A DNA stretch of 64,000 nt from a virus: the IMG/VR virus record IMGVR_UViG_3300037826_000057, positions 1 through 64,000 of that record; one strand, written 5' to 3'. The notes beneath the pieces are model-generated. The model was not told the DNA's origin. It ran no database searches and worked only from the letters and a program-made list of their open reading frames with translations. This document shows positions 8,935-18,812 of the stretch, piece by piece. Position 1 is the first letter of the stretch; every line of letters starts with the position of its first letter. Made by a program: the position numbers and the translations under genes.

Positions 8935-9202
8935 AGGAGTTAAAATAGAAAGGGTTTTTAATCTAGGAGAATATAAATCTTTACGAGCGGTGTTAAAAGA
9001 TTCTGATTTAACAAGAAGTGAAAAACGCCAAACATTCATTGAGAGAGTGGCAGATGCTCACGAGCTGTTCTTTTTGCACCAGATTATGGAAGCTGACCTG
9101 TACGATAAACCGAGTAAGAAAGAAATTTGGGAAAAGAAACTAGAGAGTCTAGAAGAAACTAGAGAACGTTTTAAAGAAGAATATAAACTAGAGGAGGTAT
9201 AA
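8927..9202 (+). CDS. Hypothetical protein
   Basis: Coupled ORF in operon with SD. Confidence 0.7.
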   Translation: MSEGVKIERVFNLGEYKSLRAVLKDSDLTRSEKRQTFIERVADAHELFFLHQIMEADLYDKPSKKEIWEKKLESLEETRERFKEEYKLEEV

Positions 9203-9203
9203 G

Positions 9204-9962
9204 ATGGGATTTTTTAATGAGGATGATTATAAAGGCAATCGAAAAGAAAATCGTGTTAGTCGTTGGCTAAGTGTTGATGAAGGTGCACCGGTCGTGGTGC
9301 AGGTGCTTGACGAGCATCCCACACACGTTTATACCCACTGGATGGCTGATGGTGAAGGTCGGCGTTTAGGCTTCACTTGTCTAGGCAATGAGAAGTGCCC
9401 AGTTTGTCAGAGAAATAACCGTATCAATTGGGATAGAGATCATGCAGATTATGTTTCTCGTGGTAACCGTTACCGAGTTAATGTGCTAGATTTGACACCG
9501 GTTATTGAGTGCCCTGAGTGTGGTTCTGTTTATTATGAAACTGCTGCACCAGCAACGTGTAATGCTGATGGGTGTGGAGCTAATTTACGAGATATTGATT
9601 CTGAACCTTTGATGGAAGTGCGTATTCTGGAGAAGGGGCCGAGAATTATGCAGCACCTGGATGCTCTAGATAATGATGAACACCCTCTTACTGGAGAGGT
9701 TATGAGTTTGCAAGAGTTTCCTGTCAGGATGTCAGCACGCGGTACTGGGCTTGATAAGGTTACAACAATTAGTCCGCAAATGCCACGTGATATTGATGTG
9801 GAGATGTTTGATAAGTATGACCTAGATGAGGTTGGTTTGACTCTTACCGCTGATGAAATTGAATATGTGATGAATGGTGGTACTTATAGTGATATTTTCT
9901 CAGCTCGTAATGCTGAAGAAGAAGTTGAAGAATCTGTTGAAGATGAAGAGGTGCCGTTCTAA
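9204..9962 (+). CDS. Phage single-stranded DNA-binding protein with Zn-ribbon insert
   Basis: HW...C....CPVC motif; acidic tail ending EEVPF; next to recA and dnaB. Confidence 0.75.
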   Translation: MGFFNEDDYKGNRKENRVSRWLSVDEGAPVVVQVLDEHPTHVYTHWMADGEGRRLGFTCLGNEKCPVCQRNNRINWDRDHADYVSRGNRYRVNVLDLTPVIECPECGSVYYETAAPATCNADGCGANLRDIDSEPLMEVRILEKGPRIMQHLDALDNDEHPLTGEVMSLQEFPVRMSARGTGLDKVTTISPQMPRDIDVEMFDKYDLDEVGLTLTADEIEYVMNGGTYSDIFSARNAEEEVEESVEDEEVPF

Positions 9963-9977
9963 GGAGCATTAAATTAA

Positions 9978-10343
9978 ATGCTGGCACAAAAGCTGTATGA
10001 AGAGTTACAATCAGCGGAAAAGAAGTATCTGGTGCTAGCTAAAGTATTCTCTAAGGTCTTTGGGCGCAAGCTAAGAAAGAATGAGTGGGGGTTCCTAAGA
10101 AAAACTATCAATCTTTATGGAGCTGATATAGTTTTTTGGGCAATGTTAAATAGTATGCATATTAAATCTGATGGAACCCCACTCAAGTATGTTTATAAAG
10201 TAGCTTGTAATATGGCCAAAGAAGAGATAGAAAAGGAAAAGAAAGTAAGTACCAACCTTAGGAATATGATACAAGAAGCTAGAAAATTTGAGCGTCCTGA
10301 TTGGGACACCATAATCAGAAAGGAAAAGGATGCCTCTAGTTAA
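9978..10343 (+). CDS. Hypothetical protein, possible helicase loader
   Basis: Helical ORF overlapping the dnaB start. Confidence 0.5.
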   Translation: MLAQKLYEELQSAEKKYLVLAKVFSKVFGRKLRKNEWGFLRKTINLYGADIVFWAMLNSMHIKSDGTPLKYVYKVACNMAKEEIEKEKKVSTNLRNMIQEARKFERPDWDTIIRKEKDASS

Positions 10344-11631
10344 ACCACATAGAAAAAAATCAGAAAAAGCTATAATTAAATGTTTGTTACAGGATAAAGA
10401 GCTTTATTATACTTATGACAAGCAACCAGCTGCATATATGTTCTTTTTTAGGGAAAATGCAGTTGTATTTGGTGTTATTAAAAATTTAATAGATAAATCT
10501 CAACAACCAGATGAAATTTTAGTGTCTAATACATTAAAGGAAAATGGGCAATTTGAAACTATAGGCGCTGAAGGTTATTTTGATAGTTTAGAAGATACAG
10601 AAGTTTTACTTTCAAATTACCCTGAGTATGTTGATAGTGTATCAGAAAGTTATTTATTGCGTGAAATTATATCTGCTGGCAATAATATAAAAGAAATTGC
10701 ATATAGCGGAGATGTGGATGAAGCATTAGAATTTTTGTATCAAAGTAGTGATAGGATTTTTAAGAAGGCTAGTAGCGAGCGTAGTGATTCTGTAGAAATA
10801 TCTGACCTTTTATCAGAAGAATTTCAGAGTTTGTTGGAGCGTATTCAAAATCCTGGTGAAACGGGTATGAATACTTTATTTGAGGATTATGATTTACTGA
10901 CAGGGGGTTTATACCCTACTGATGAAATTATAATTGCCGCGCGCCCAAGTATGGGTAAGACATCTTTTATGCTAAGATGGATGTTGAATTTAGCTAAGCA
11001 GGAAATACCGTGTGCTTGTTTTTCATATGAGATGTCTAAGTCCCAATTAATTCAACGCCTACTATCAATGCAATCCAGAGTAGAACTTTCTAAGATTAGA
11101 ACTGGAAGAATTGGTGAAGATGAATATGAGATAGTGGCAGAAGCTAATAATTACCTTAGCTCTTTACCAATGTATTTTAGTAATGATGTTACTGCTCCAG
11201 TTACTCAGGTCACAAATGAGGCTAAGCGTTTAGTACGCAAGCACGGGATTCAGGCTATTTTCATTGATTATTTACAATTGATGCCGCATAAAATGCAGTA
11301 TGCAACTCAAGAATTAGGTAGTATAGTGCGCCAACTGAAAAATTTAGCAATGGGTAGTGATATTTCAGTAATTACTTTAAGTCAGTTAAATAGGCGTGTT
11401 GAGCAGCGCCAAGATAAACGCCCGTTGTTATCCGATTTGCGGCAATCTGGAAATATTGAGGAACATGCAGATGTAGTATTGATGTTGTATAGAGAAGAGA
11501 TGTATAATCCTTCTCCACAAAATAAGGGGGATGCTGAACTTTTAATTAGGAAGAATCGTAATGGGCCAACAGGCTCACTTCCACTGATATTCAAATCAGA
11601 AGTAGTTGATTTTCAACCGGTTGAATTTTAA
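10330..11631 (+). CDS. dnaB: Replicative helicase DnaB
   Basis: AARPSMGKT, IDYLQL, LSQLNR, DLRQSGNIEEHAD, KNRNGPTG. Confidence 0.97.
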   Translation: MPLVKPHRKKSEKAIIKCLLQDKELYYTYDKQPAAYMFFFRENAVVFGVIKNLIDKSQQPDEILVSNTLKENGQFETIGAEGYFDSLEDTEVLLSNYPEYVDSVSESYLLREIISAGNNIKEIAYSGDVDEALEFLYQSSDRIFKKASSERSDSVEISDLLSEEFQSLLERIQNPGETGMNTLFEDYDLLTGGLYPTDEIIIAARPSMGKTSFMLRWMLNLAKQEIPCACFSYEMSKSQLIQRLLSMQSRVELSKIRTGRIGEDEYEIVAEANNYLSSLPMYFSNDVTAPVTQVTNEAKRLVRKHGIQAIFIDYLQLMPHKMQYATQELGSIVRQLKNLAMGSDISVITLSQLNRRVEQRQDKRPLLSDLRQSGNIEEHADVVLMLYREEMYNPSPQNKGDAELLIRKNRNGPTGSLPLIFKSEVVDFQPVEF

Positions 11632-11652
11632 CCATTAGTATTAAACCGGAAC

Positions 11653-11680
11653 TTGACAAGGTAGTTTTGATGTGTATAAT
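11653..11680 (+). promoter_or_regulatory. sigma70 promoter
   Basis: TTGACA-16-TATAAT with extended TG. Confidence 0.7.
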
Positions 11681-11697
11681 GGAGGATAGAGAGAAGT

Positions 11698-12132
11698 ATG
11701 GGGAATCGCTCAAGACGCGCAGGCAATCGTTGGGAGAGGGATACAGTGAAGGAGTTAGGCGGGCAGCGTCAGCCAAGTTCTGGAGCTTTTGGAACCCAGC
11801 ATAATGACGCTGCATTACAGGGAGATGTTGTTCTAGAATATCCGTGGCTTTGCAGGCCAATTATCCTAGAGTGTAAATATGGATATGGCTCGGATAAATC
11901 AATGCGAGTACAGAGGGAGTGGCTAGTAAAGATTAGAGAAGAAGCAAGAAATGCAAGGCGCTACCCGGCATTGGCCTTGAAGTTTAGAGATGTTACATAT
12001 GGTGATATTGATAGTGCTAAGATGATTTGTTTTAATTATGATGTCTGGAAGGAAATTGTAAATGAGATTAATTTAATTTACAATGAATATCTAGATTTAA
12101 TTAAAGAAGATTACGAAAGAGAAAACTCATAA
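11698..12132 (+). CDS. Hjc-like PD-(D/E)XK Holliday junction resolvase
   Basis: G..WER...SGA....GDV....ECK. Confidence 0.8.
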   Translation: MGNRSRRAGNRWERDTVKELGGQRQPSSGAFGTQHNDAALQGDVVLEYPWLCRPIILECKYGYGSDKSMRVQREWLVKIREEARNARRYPALALKFRDVTYGDIDSAKMICFNYDVWKEIVNEINLIYNEYLDLIKEDYERENS

Positions 12133-12147
12133 AGAAAGGAATATATA

Positions 12148-12573
12148 ATGAATGATCTTATTGCTGGTTTTGAAAGTCCGATTGATGAATGGGTAGTTGT
12201 AGCTAGAGAGTTGTACAGGCAAGATAAAGAAGCAACGATGTGGGATTTAACAAAAATAATGTACGAGTATAAGACTGGGTGTGATTTTCCAGAGATCACT
12301 CCTGAAGAGGATATTGTTAATTTACATATACAGGGATATTCAAAGTCAGCGATTGCCAAAGAGTTAGATACGACCACTGGAGAAGTATCAGATATTTTAG
12401 GTAGTATAGGGTTTTCTGGATTCCGCTCTGCTCCAGAATACAGTCCGAAACAAGTTGGGGAGTTTTTCATAGAAGAAAAAGGTTCTGAGCCGGAATTAAG
12501 TAGATATATGCAGGAAAAATGTTTAGATGAATATATGATTTATCTTAAATGGAAGGAAGATAAAAATGCATGA
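12148..12573 (+). CDS. HTH-containing protein
   Basis: GYSKSAIAKELDTTTGEVSDIL. Confidence 0.55.
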   Translation: MNDLIAGFESPIDEWVVVARELYRQDKEATMWDLTKIMYEYKTGCDFPEITPEEDIVNLHIQGYSKSAIAKELDTTTGEVSDILGSIGFSGFRSAPEYSPKQVGEFFIEEKGSEPELSRYMQEKCLDEYMIYLKWKEDKNA

Positions 12574-12940
12574 TTTAAAAGATTTAATTCCAGACTTTGA
12601 TGAAATGGAGGAGCTTGCTGCTCTTATGGCAGAAGCTAAGGCTAGAATGATTTACTTGGAATCAGAAATTGAATCATTACAGGCTAAATTTATTCGTCAG
12701 GCTCTTACAAACAGTGATTATTGGCCGAAGAATAAACCACCAACTATGTCATATTGTAATTCAGTAGTTGCCAAAATAGGTAATACAGAAGAACAAGAAG
12801 AGAAATTACGAAAGCTCAGGCTTGATTTGAGTGATGCTGAAGAGACATATAGGCATTTAAAGAAGTTAATAGATTTGCGCCAGGACAAATTAAATCTATA
12901 TAGAACTGAAAGTGCAAATAAAAGAAAGTCATTTATGTAA
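12566..12940 (+). CDS. Coiled-coil hypothetical protein
   Basis: Coupled ORF in operon. Confidence 0.65.
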   Translation: MHDLKDLIPDFDEMEELAALMAEAKARMIYLESEIESLQAKFIRQALTNSDYWPKNKPPTMSYCNSVVAKIGNTEEQEEKLRKLRLDLSDAEETYRHLKKLIDLRQDKLNLYRTESANKRKSFM

Positions 12941-12945
12941 GGGGT

Positions 12946-13722
12946 ATGATGATATTAATATCGAAATCAATGCTGGAAGATTATGTGGACTGTAAGCGTA
13001 AAGCTTGGTTCCACAAAGAGGGTTATGAAACAGAGGATACAGCTAGTCTTATTCTTGGTAGAAATGTGCATAATATGATTGAAGCAGAAGCTAATGGAGA
13101 GGATAATGTATTAAAAAAGTACAGGGATAAACTAGCTAGGCAATTGGACAACACAGATATAAAGTTTTATCGTGGGCAGTATATTGGTAAACTGCTTAAA
13201 ACTTTAAATAAGTGTTATTATAATTATTTAGCAATTGATGAAAAACTTGCACCTGTTATTGCTTCAGAGGAGCGTTTTTCAATACCTTATGATGATGGTG
13301 TAAAAGTTGTAGGTGTGTTTGACCAATTGCGTGAGGGCAATATAATTATGGAATGGAAGTCTTCACGCAAGAAACCAAAAGAGGTTTACTTGAAGGCTGA
13401 TTTACAGGCAACAGTGTATACCTGGGCTTATATGCAGACACACAAACAAAAGCCCAAGTTTTATTATGTGCATCTGAGGTCTGGTGGGGTGTATGAAGTA
13501 ATAAGAGAAGATTTTTCATTAATGCATAGATTGTTTGAGGAGTATATAAGGGATTTTAGAAATAATGAATGGACAAAACAACGCAGCGCAAGAAAATGCC
13601 AATACTGTTGGTACAATGGGTACTGTTTTGAAGATGGCGAAGGTAGTGAATTGCTCTTTTCAGCAGTGGGAAGCCCTAAAAAACGTAAATCTAAATCATC
13701 CATTGACTTCTTTTCGTATTGA
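12946..13722 (+). CDS. Cas4/RecB-like PD-(D/E)XK exonuclease
   Basis: C.R, G..VH, G.FD, EWKS, Q...Y, C..C.....C. Confidence 0.85.
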   Translation: MMILISKSMLEDYVDCKRKAWFHKEGYETEDTASLILGRNVHNMIEAEANGEDNVLKKYRDKLARQLDNTDIKFYRGQYIGKLLKTLNKCYYNYLAIDEKLAPVIASEERFSIPYDDGVKVVGVFDQLREGNIIMEWKSSRKKPKEVYLKADLQATVYTWAYMQTHKQKPKFYYVHLRSGGVYEVIREDFSLMHRLFEEYIRDFRNNEWTKQRSARKCQYCWYNGYCFEDGEGSELLFSAVGSPKKRKSKSSIDFFSY

Positions 13723-13906
13723 TTTAGATATTGCTTTGGAGAAAGTAAATTTAAATTCTGCACAGAGGTTAGCAGTTAAATTAGTTAAACAGGGAAAGGG
13801 TTTAGACTCAAAGAAAATGAATGAACATTATAAGACAGCTTGTATAGCTATAGCTAAGTATTTGGGCGAAGATTATTTTTCTTATTTTAATGACAGAAAT
13901 GTATGA
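13565..13906 (+). CDS. Hypothetical protein (start uncertain)
   Basis: ORF bridging the exonuclease and the next gene. Confidence 0.45.
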   Translation: MNGQNNAAQENANTVGTMGTVLKMAKVVNCSFQQWEALKNVNLNHPLTSFRIDLDIALEKVNLNSAQRLAVKLVKQGKGLDSKKMNEHYKTACIAIAKYLGEDYFSYFNDRNV

Positions 13907-14085
13907 AAATGTGTGAAATTTGTGGAAGCCCTAGTGAAGAGCGTATATGTGATTTGTGTTCTGAGCTTTTAGAGTCTGTGGACCAAAAAACTTTAAATGT
14001 ATTTCTACATTCAATGCGTAAAAAGCGTAGGGATAGACCAAAGAAAGTAGAGAGGGAAATGGAAGATTATGAAGATTTTGCGTAG
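13903..14085 (+). CDS. Small Zn-finger protein
   Basis: CEIC...CDLC. Confidence 0.6.
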   Translation: MKMCEICGSPSEERICDLCSELLESVDQKTLNVFLHSMRKKRRDRPKKVEREMEDYEDFA

Positions 14086-15871
14086 AGAGTTTTATAATGT
14101 GTCACGCGGGGATGTTTTTTCAATTATTCCGCTTGGAGATGTGCATATAGGCAATGCAGCTTGTGATGAAGAGTTGTTGGACGAAACTATTGCAGAAATT
14201 AAAAATAGACCAAACACTTATTGGGTTGGTCTCGGCGATTATTGCTTATCAGAAGATACTGAAATTTTAACTTCTGAGGGTTGGAAAGGTGTACGGCAAA
14301 TGGTTGAATCTCCTTCTGAAGTTGTGGTATATGATAAGAATAAAAGAGAATGTAAATTAGAGAAAATTAATAAACTTTGGGTTAATCCAGTTAGAGATGA
14401 AACATTAGTGAATTTAAAAAGCGGTCACGTTGATGCTTTAGTTACTAAAAACCATAAAATTCTAACTAATTATTATGATTATAAAGGCGGTTGGAACGCC
14501 TATGAAGATGTAAAGGCTAAAGAATTTTTAGATATAAATAGAGAATTTTCTTGGCGTGTTCCAGTAACGCCAGTCTCTTGGGTTGGTAAAAAGCCAGAAA
14601 TTTCTATAGATTGGGTCAGGTTAAAGGCATGGATTGACACGGAAGGACATGAGGAGCAGCGAGGTAACTACTGTAGAATTGAAATATCTCAGTCAATAGA
14701 GGCTAACCCGAAATTAGTTGAGAGAATAGAAGCTCTTATTGAACGACTTAATTTAACTCCATATGAACATGTTAGGAATTGGGGAATTAAAACCTGGAGG
14801 TTTAATGCTAAAGACACCCAGAGAATTCATGAGCATATAGGGCGCAAAGGGGAGAGGCTTGATTGGTTAATGAATGCACCAGTTGAATACCTTGAAGTTT
14901 ATTTTAACGTGCTTATGGATGGGGACGGAACGTGGTCAAGAAACACTTTCGCTCAGAAAGAAAAACCACTTGTGGATATTTTTCAAGAGCTTTGTTTCAA
15001 ACTAGGATACAGGGCCAAGGTTTCTTTTAATGATAAAATGTGGAAATGTTACTTTGGTAAAAAGAGAGGTAAGCATTCTTTACTTAGAGAAACTAATAGA
15101 GTAAAATATACTGGAATTACCTGGTGTGTTAGCACTGATACTGGATATATAGTTACAAAGAGAAACAATAAGGTTACTATACTAGGAAATTGTGATTATA
15201 TCCAATTAGGGGATTGGCGCAATGACCCGTCTATGCTAGCTGATTGGATAAGTATAAATGATTTGAATGACATTTCACGTGCTGAAACAAATAGATTTAT
15301 TCGCAAAGTTGAACCAATTGCTGATAAATGCTTGGCACTTGTACAGGGCAATCATGAGGAATTAATTAAGCGTAAGTACGAGAGAGATATTTATTCGGAA
15401 ATTGTTACAGGAGTTAAGCGCAAAGCTGGAATGCGCGGCGAAGATCACTTGGGTGTTGGATATTATGGTTGGTTAAGACTTGTGTTTTACAGTGATGACG
15501 GTAATCATACGCGCTCAGCTATTGATATGTGCTTGCACCACGGGTTTGTTGGTGGTAAGTTGTCTGGAGCTAAAGCCCTAAATATGGAGCGATATTTATG
15601 GACACATTCTGCTGATTTAATTCTAATGGGGCATTCACACAATACACTTTCAATGAGGGCTACAGTAGAGGAGCTTGACCATATGGGCAATATACGCTAT
15701 CATGTGCGTAGAGGTGCTTTCACTGGTACATTCCTTAGTACAACTAATGAAGGCGGCTCTTCGACTTACAGCGAGCGTGCTGGGCATTTGCCTACGCCAG
15801 TTGGAACAATTGAAGTTGTGTTGCGCCCAGGGCATTCTAATCCAAATAAACGCGTTAAAGTTATGACTTAA
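14069..15871 (+). CDS. Calcineurin-like metallophosphoesterase containing an intein
   Basis: GDVHIG, GLGDY, GNHE, HHG, MGHSH. Confidence 0.9.
   Translation: MKILRREFYNVSRGDVFSIIPLGDVHIGNAACDEELLDETIAEIKNRPNTYWVGLGDYCLSEDTEILTSEGWKGVRQMVESPSEVVVYDKNKRECKLEKINKLWVNPVRDETLVNLKSGHVDALVTKNHKILTNYYDYKGGWNAYEDVKAKEFLDINREFSWRVPVTPVSWVGKKPEISIDWVRLKAWIDTEGHEEQRGNYCRIEISQSIEANPKLVERIEALIERLNLTPYEHVRNWGIKTWRFNAKDTQRIHEHIGRKGERLDWLMNAPVEYLEVYFNVLMDGDGTWSRNTFAQKEKPLVDIFQELCFKLGYRAKVSFNDKMWKCYFGKKRGKHSLLRETNRVKYTGITWCVSTDTGYIVTKRNNKVTILGNCDYIQLGDWRNDPSMLADWISINDLNDISRAETNRFIRKVEPIADKCLALVQGNHEELIKRKYERDIYSEIVTGVKRKAGMRGEDHLGVGYYGWLRLVFYSDDGNHTRSAIDMCLHHGFVGGKLSGAKALNMERYLWTHSADLILMGHSHNTLSMRATVEELDHMGNIRYHVRRGAFTGTFLSTTNEGGSSTYSERAGHLPTPVGTIEVVLRPGHSNPNKRVKVMT
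14243..15190 (+). mobile_element. Intein (316 aa) with LAGLIDADG homing endonuclease
   Basis: Starts CLSEDTEILT, block B VTKNH, WIDTEG/LMDGDG, ends TILGN followed by Cys. Confidence 0.9.
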
Positions 15872-15886
15872 TATAAGGAGATAAGT

Positions 15887-16828
15887 ATGCATGTAAACAG
15901 GGTTCCAGTAGAGTATGTGATAAAAAGGAAGTTTGATCTAAAGGAAAGTGGAACTAGGTATTTGCGCGGAATTAAACATGACAGTCTTGTTATTGATAAG
16001 AAGACAAATACTTTTCACTGGAATTCTATTGATTTACACGGAAACGCTCTAACTTGGTTGACAAAAGTAGAAGGATATTCTGTGCGCCAAGCTCTTCAGG
16101 AACTTGAGGAGTATAGTGGAATTCCCTTTACAAAGACTTTTACAAAGTTAGAAGAACCAACACCTATTTACCAAAAATTATTAGATGCATTTTTTAAATT
16201 GGGTAAGTATAATAGAAAATATTGGTATAAAAGAGGTTATACTGATAGTACAATAAATAAGTATAAGTTAGGATATACTGGGAAAGCGTATGTAATTCCA
16301 ATTATAATTGATGGGAAACTGGATAATTTTCAATGTCGTTTAGCAGATAGTAAACGCATGTGGAATTGGTCTAGTAGAAGCCCGTCGCTCTTTGGACTTG
16401 ACCAGGTGGATAGTTCTTATGTATTTTTAACAGAGGGGCCTACAGATGCAATGGCTTTGACACAGTGTGGTCTACCAGCTATTAGCCATAATTCAGGAGC
16501 TGGTGCTTGGGATACTTCTTGGAATTCGCGTATTCTTGATTTTGATTTCATTTATATTTTGTATGATAATGATAAAGCGGGTATACGTGGAAGCAAGAAA
16601 ATTTCCAAGAAATTATTAAGTAGAGGTTATGTATTATTCTGGCCCAGCTTTTTCGCTAACGGTTATGATATAAATAAAGCTATGAATTCTATGGGCGAAT
16701 CTAAAACAAAGGAGTTTATTCAAGAAGTTTTATTGGAATATGCAATACATTCTTCAGATATATCTAATCAAAGTTATGTAAGTGAAGTAAGAAAACAAAT
16801 AGACAGGAAAGTAAGGAGACTATTGTAA
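15887..16828 (+). CDS. DNA primase (Toprim)
   Basis: LTEGPTDAM, YDNDKAG, DIN. Confidence 0.9.
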   Translation: MHVNRVPVEYVIKRKFDLKESGTRYLRGIKHDSLVIDKKTNTFHWNSIDLHGNALTWLTKVEGYSVRQALQELEEYSGIPFTKTFTKLEEPTPIYQKLLDAFFKLGKYNRKYWYKRGYTDSTINKYKLGYTGKAYVIPIIIDGKLDNFQCRLADSKRMWNWSSRSPSLFGLDQVDSSYVFLTEGPTDAMALTQCGLPAISHNSGAGAWDTSWNSRILDFDFIYILYDNDKAGIRGSKKISKKLLSRGYVLFWPSFFANGYDINKAMNSMGESKTKEFIQEVLLEYAIHSSDISNQSYVSEVRKQIDRKVRRLL

Positions 16829-16838
16829 GGAGATTATT

Positions 16839-17207
16839 ATGGAAAAACTAGTTGTTAATACACGCAAGCAAAATATTTTAGTGCAAGCGCCTGAAGAAGA
16901 GATTGAAGATTTAATGCGAGATTGGGCAGAAGCTTATAAACAGTATGCTCTTGCAGATACAGAGGAATTTTTGAGTATTTATCGTGCGCGTTTGGGTTTG
17001 ACTAGTGATGCAGATCAGGAAGAAATAAACGCTGTTCTAGAACAGCGTTTTGGAGCGGATGGTGAAGCGATGCATAAGTTTATGTCAGAAGTTAAGGCTG
17101 AGTATGAGGATTATCGTTTAGAGGAACCGGATTGGGCAGAATGGTTTAATGAACGCGGGTATAGTGCTGAACAGTTAGAGTATGCAGTTTCAGTGCGTGG
17201 AGCTTAA
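16839..17207 (+). CDS. Hypothetical acidic protein
   Basis: ORF with SD. Confidence 0.7.
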   Translation: MEKLVVNTRKQNILVQAPEEEIEDLMRDWAEAYKQYALADTEEFLSIYRARLGLTSDADQEEINAVLEQRFGADGEAMHKFMSEVKAEYEDYRLEEPDWAEWFNERGYSAEQLEYAVSVRGA

Positions 17208-17228
17208 GGATTTTATAAGGAGGTTATT

Positions 17229-17411
17229 ATGACTTTGAAGGAAGCTTTGGAGCATGTTGAGGGTTTGGAAGTTGTGGAGACGGTTGTGGATGCGGATGGA
17301 TTCGCTATTCTATTTGACGATGGTATTATTATTAATGTTGCTGATAATTCTAAAGTGACCCTGACCACGGGACGCGGTTGGGAAGAGCATTGGAACCAGC
17401 TAACTAGCTAG
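17229..17411 (+). CDS. Hypothetical protein
   Basis: SD AAGGAGG. Confidence 0.65.
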   Translation: MTLKEALEHVEGLEVVETVVDADGFAILFDDGIIINVADNSKVTLTTGRGWEEHWNQLTS

Positions 17412-17421
17412 GGGATATATT

Positions 17422-17456
17422 GCTGGGAGGGGTTAATAGCTCCTCCCAGCTTTATT
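17422..17456 (+). terminator. Intrinsic terminator
   Basis: GCTGGGAGGGG-TTAATAG-CTCCTCCCAGC then TTTATT. Confidence 0.65.
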
Positions 17457-17651
17457 ATGCGTGTAGATATACAAGATAGGAGCGATACGGAGCGTAGAAT
17501 AGCTGGAGCTTTACGCAATACTATTCATGACCACGGGCCTATAACTAAACGCTATATAGGCTCGGCAGCCAAAAGAATTTATGGACAGTTGTTGTGTTTA
17601 GCTAAGGAACAAGAATGTAGCGAAAAAGGTGTTAAAAATGAAAAGCGTTAA
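17457..17651 (+). CDS. Hypothetical protein
   Basis: ORF between terminator and dUTPase. Confidence 0.55.
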   Translation: MRVDIQDRSDTERRIAGALRNTIHDHGPITKRYIGSAAKRIYGQLLCLAKEQECSEKGVKNEKR

Positions 17652-18087
17652 TATGATTGCGGATAAGATTTTATTTCGTAAGAAAAGACCAGATGCAACT
17701 TTGCCCAGTAGAAAACACGAGCAAGATGCTGGGCTAGATTTACATTCAGTTGAAGAAGTCACATTAAAAAGTGGAGAAAGTAAAATTGTACATACTGGTA
17801 TTGAATTAGCCAAATGTATGCCAGATTTGGTACTATTTATTTGGCCTAAGAGTGGAATGGATGCGAAATATGGTATTACTACTGGGGCCGGTGTCGTGGA
17901 TTCAAATTATCGTGGAGAGATTTTAGTCTTATTAAGGAATGTAAGTGATTCAGATTATATTATTTCTAAAGGTGAACAGGTTGCTCAATTAGTGCCAGTG
18001 TTACAGCCTAGCTTTGAGGCAGCCTGGGGCAAAGAAGTTTCTGCGAGTGAGCGCGGTGCTGATGGCGGTATAGCAAGGTCAGAATAA
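17629..18087 (+). CDS. dut: Trimeric dUTPase
   Basis: DAGLDL, PKSG, GVVDSNYRGEI, VAQL, RGADG. Confidence 0.95.
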   Translation: MLKMKSVNMIADKILFRKKRPDATLPSRKHEQDAGLDLHSVEEVTLKSGESKIVHTGIELAKCMPDLVLFIWPKSGMDAKYGITTGAGVVDSNYRGEILVLLRNVSDSDYIISKGEQVAQLVPVLQPSFEAAWGKEVSASERGADGGIARSE

Positions 18088-18098
18088 AATTTTCAATT

Positions 18099-18806
18099 AT
18101 GAATGAAATTATTTGTGGAGATTGTTTGAAGTTATTACCTGGTATTCCAGATAGCTCTATAGATTTAATCCTCACAGACCCGCCCTATAATATAAGTAGG
18201 GAAAATAATTTTTCCAGTATGCAGCGTTATAATTCTTATACAGGAATTGATTTTGGCGAATGGGACTATGATTTTGACCAGGTTGGATGGATTCCATTAG
18301 CTGTGAGGAAGTTAAAATCCCCAGCTTCAATAGTTATTTGGAATAGTTGGCAGAACCTTGCAATGATTAGCGATGTGCTAGAAGATAATGCCGTATCTGT
18401 TAAGCGTGTATTAACTTGGAAGAAAAGTAATCCTATGCCAACTAATAGGGACAGGATGTTTGTAAGTTCTTTTGAGTTTGCTGTGTGGGGTACGAAAGGT
18501 ACTGGTTGGACTTTTAATAGAAGGTTTGATAATTATGAAACTGGGTTCTTTGAATACCCAAATAACAATTGCCCAGGGCACCCAACATCTAAACCAGTAG
18601 GCTTATTTAAGGAGATTGTAACTATACTTACAAACTCTGGAGACACTGTATTAGACCCATTTGTTGGTTCTGGTACTACTGGTATAGCTTGTGCTGAATT
18701 AGGCAGAAATTTTATTGGGGTAGATTTTGTGGAAGATTATTGTAATTTAGCTAAGGATAGAATAGTTGAAACAGCTAGAAATCCGAGATTATTTTATAGG
18801 GGTTAG
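18099..18806 (+). CDS. DNA methyltransferase, beta class, probably N6-adenine
   Basis: TDPPY, HPTSKP, DPFVGSGTT. Confidence 0.92.
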   Translation: MNEIICGDCLKLLPGIPDSSIDLILTDPPYNISRENNFSSMQRYNSYTGIDFGEWDYDFDQVGWIPLAVRKLKSPASIVIWNSWQNLAMISDVLEDNAVSVKRVLTWKKSNPMPTNRDRMFVSSFEFAVWGTKGTGWTFNRRFDNYETGFFEYPNNNCPGHPTSKPVGLFKEIVTILTNSGDTVLDPFVGSGTTGIACAELGRNFIGVDFVEDYCNLAKDRIVETARNPRLFYRG

Positions 18807-18812
18807 TCCATA

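Noticed and set aside
12946-13722. Cas4-like gene as part of a CRISPR system
   Set aside because: A solo Cas4/RecB-like nuclease within a replication operon is common in phages.
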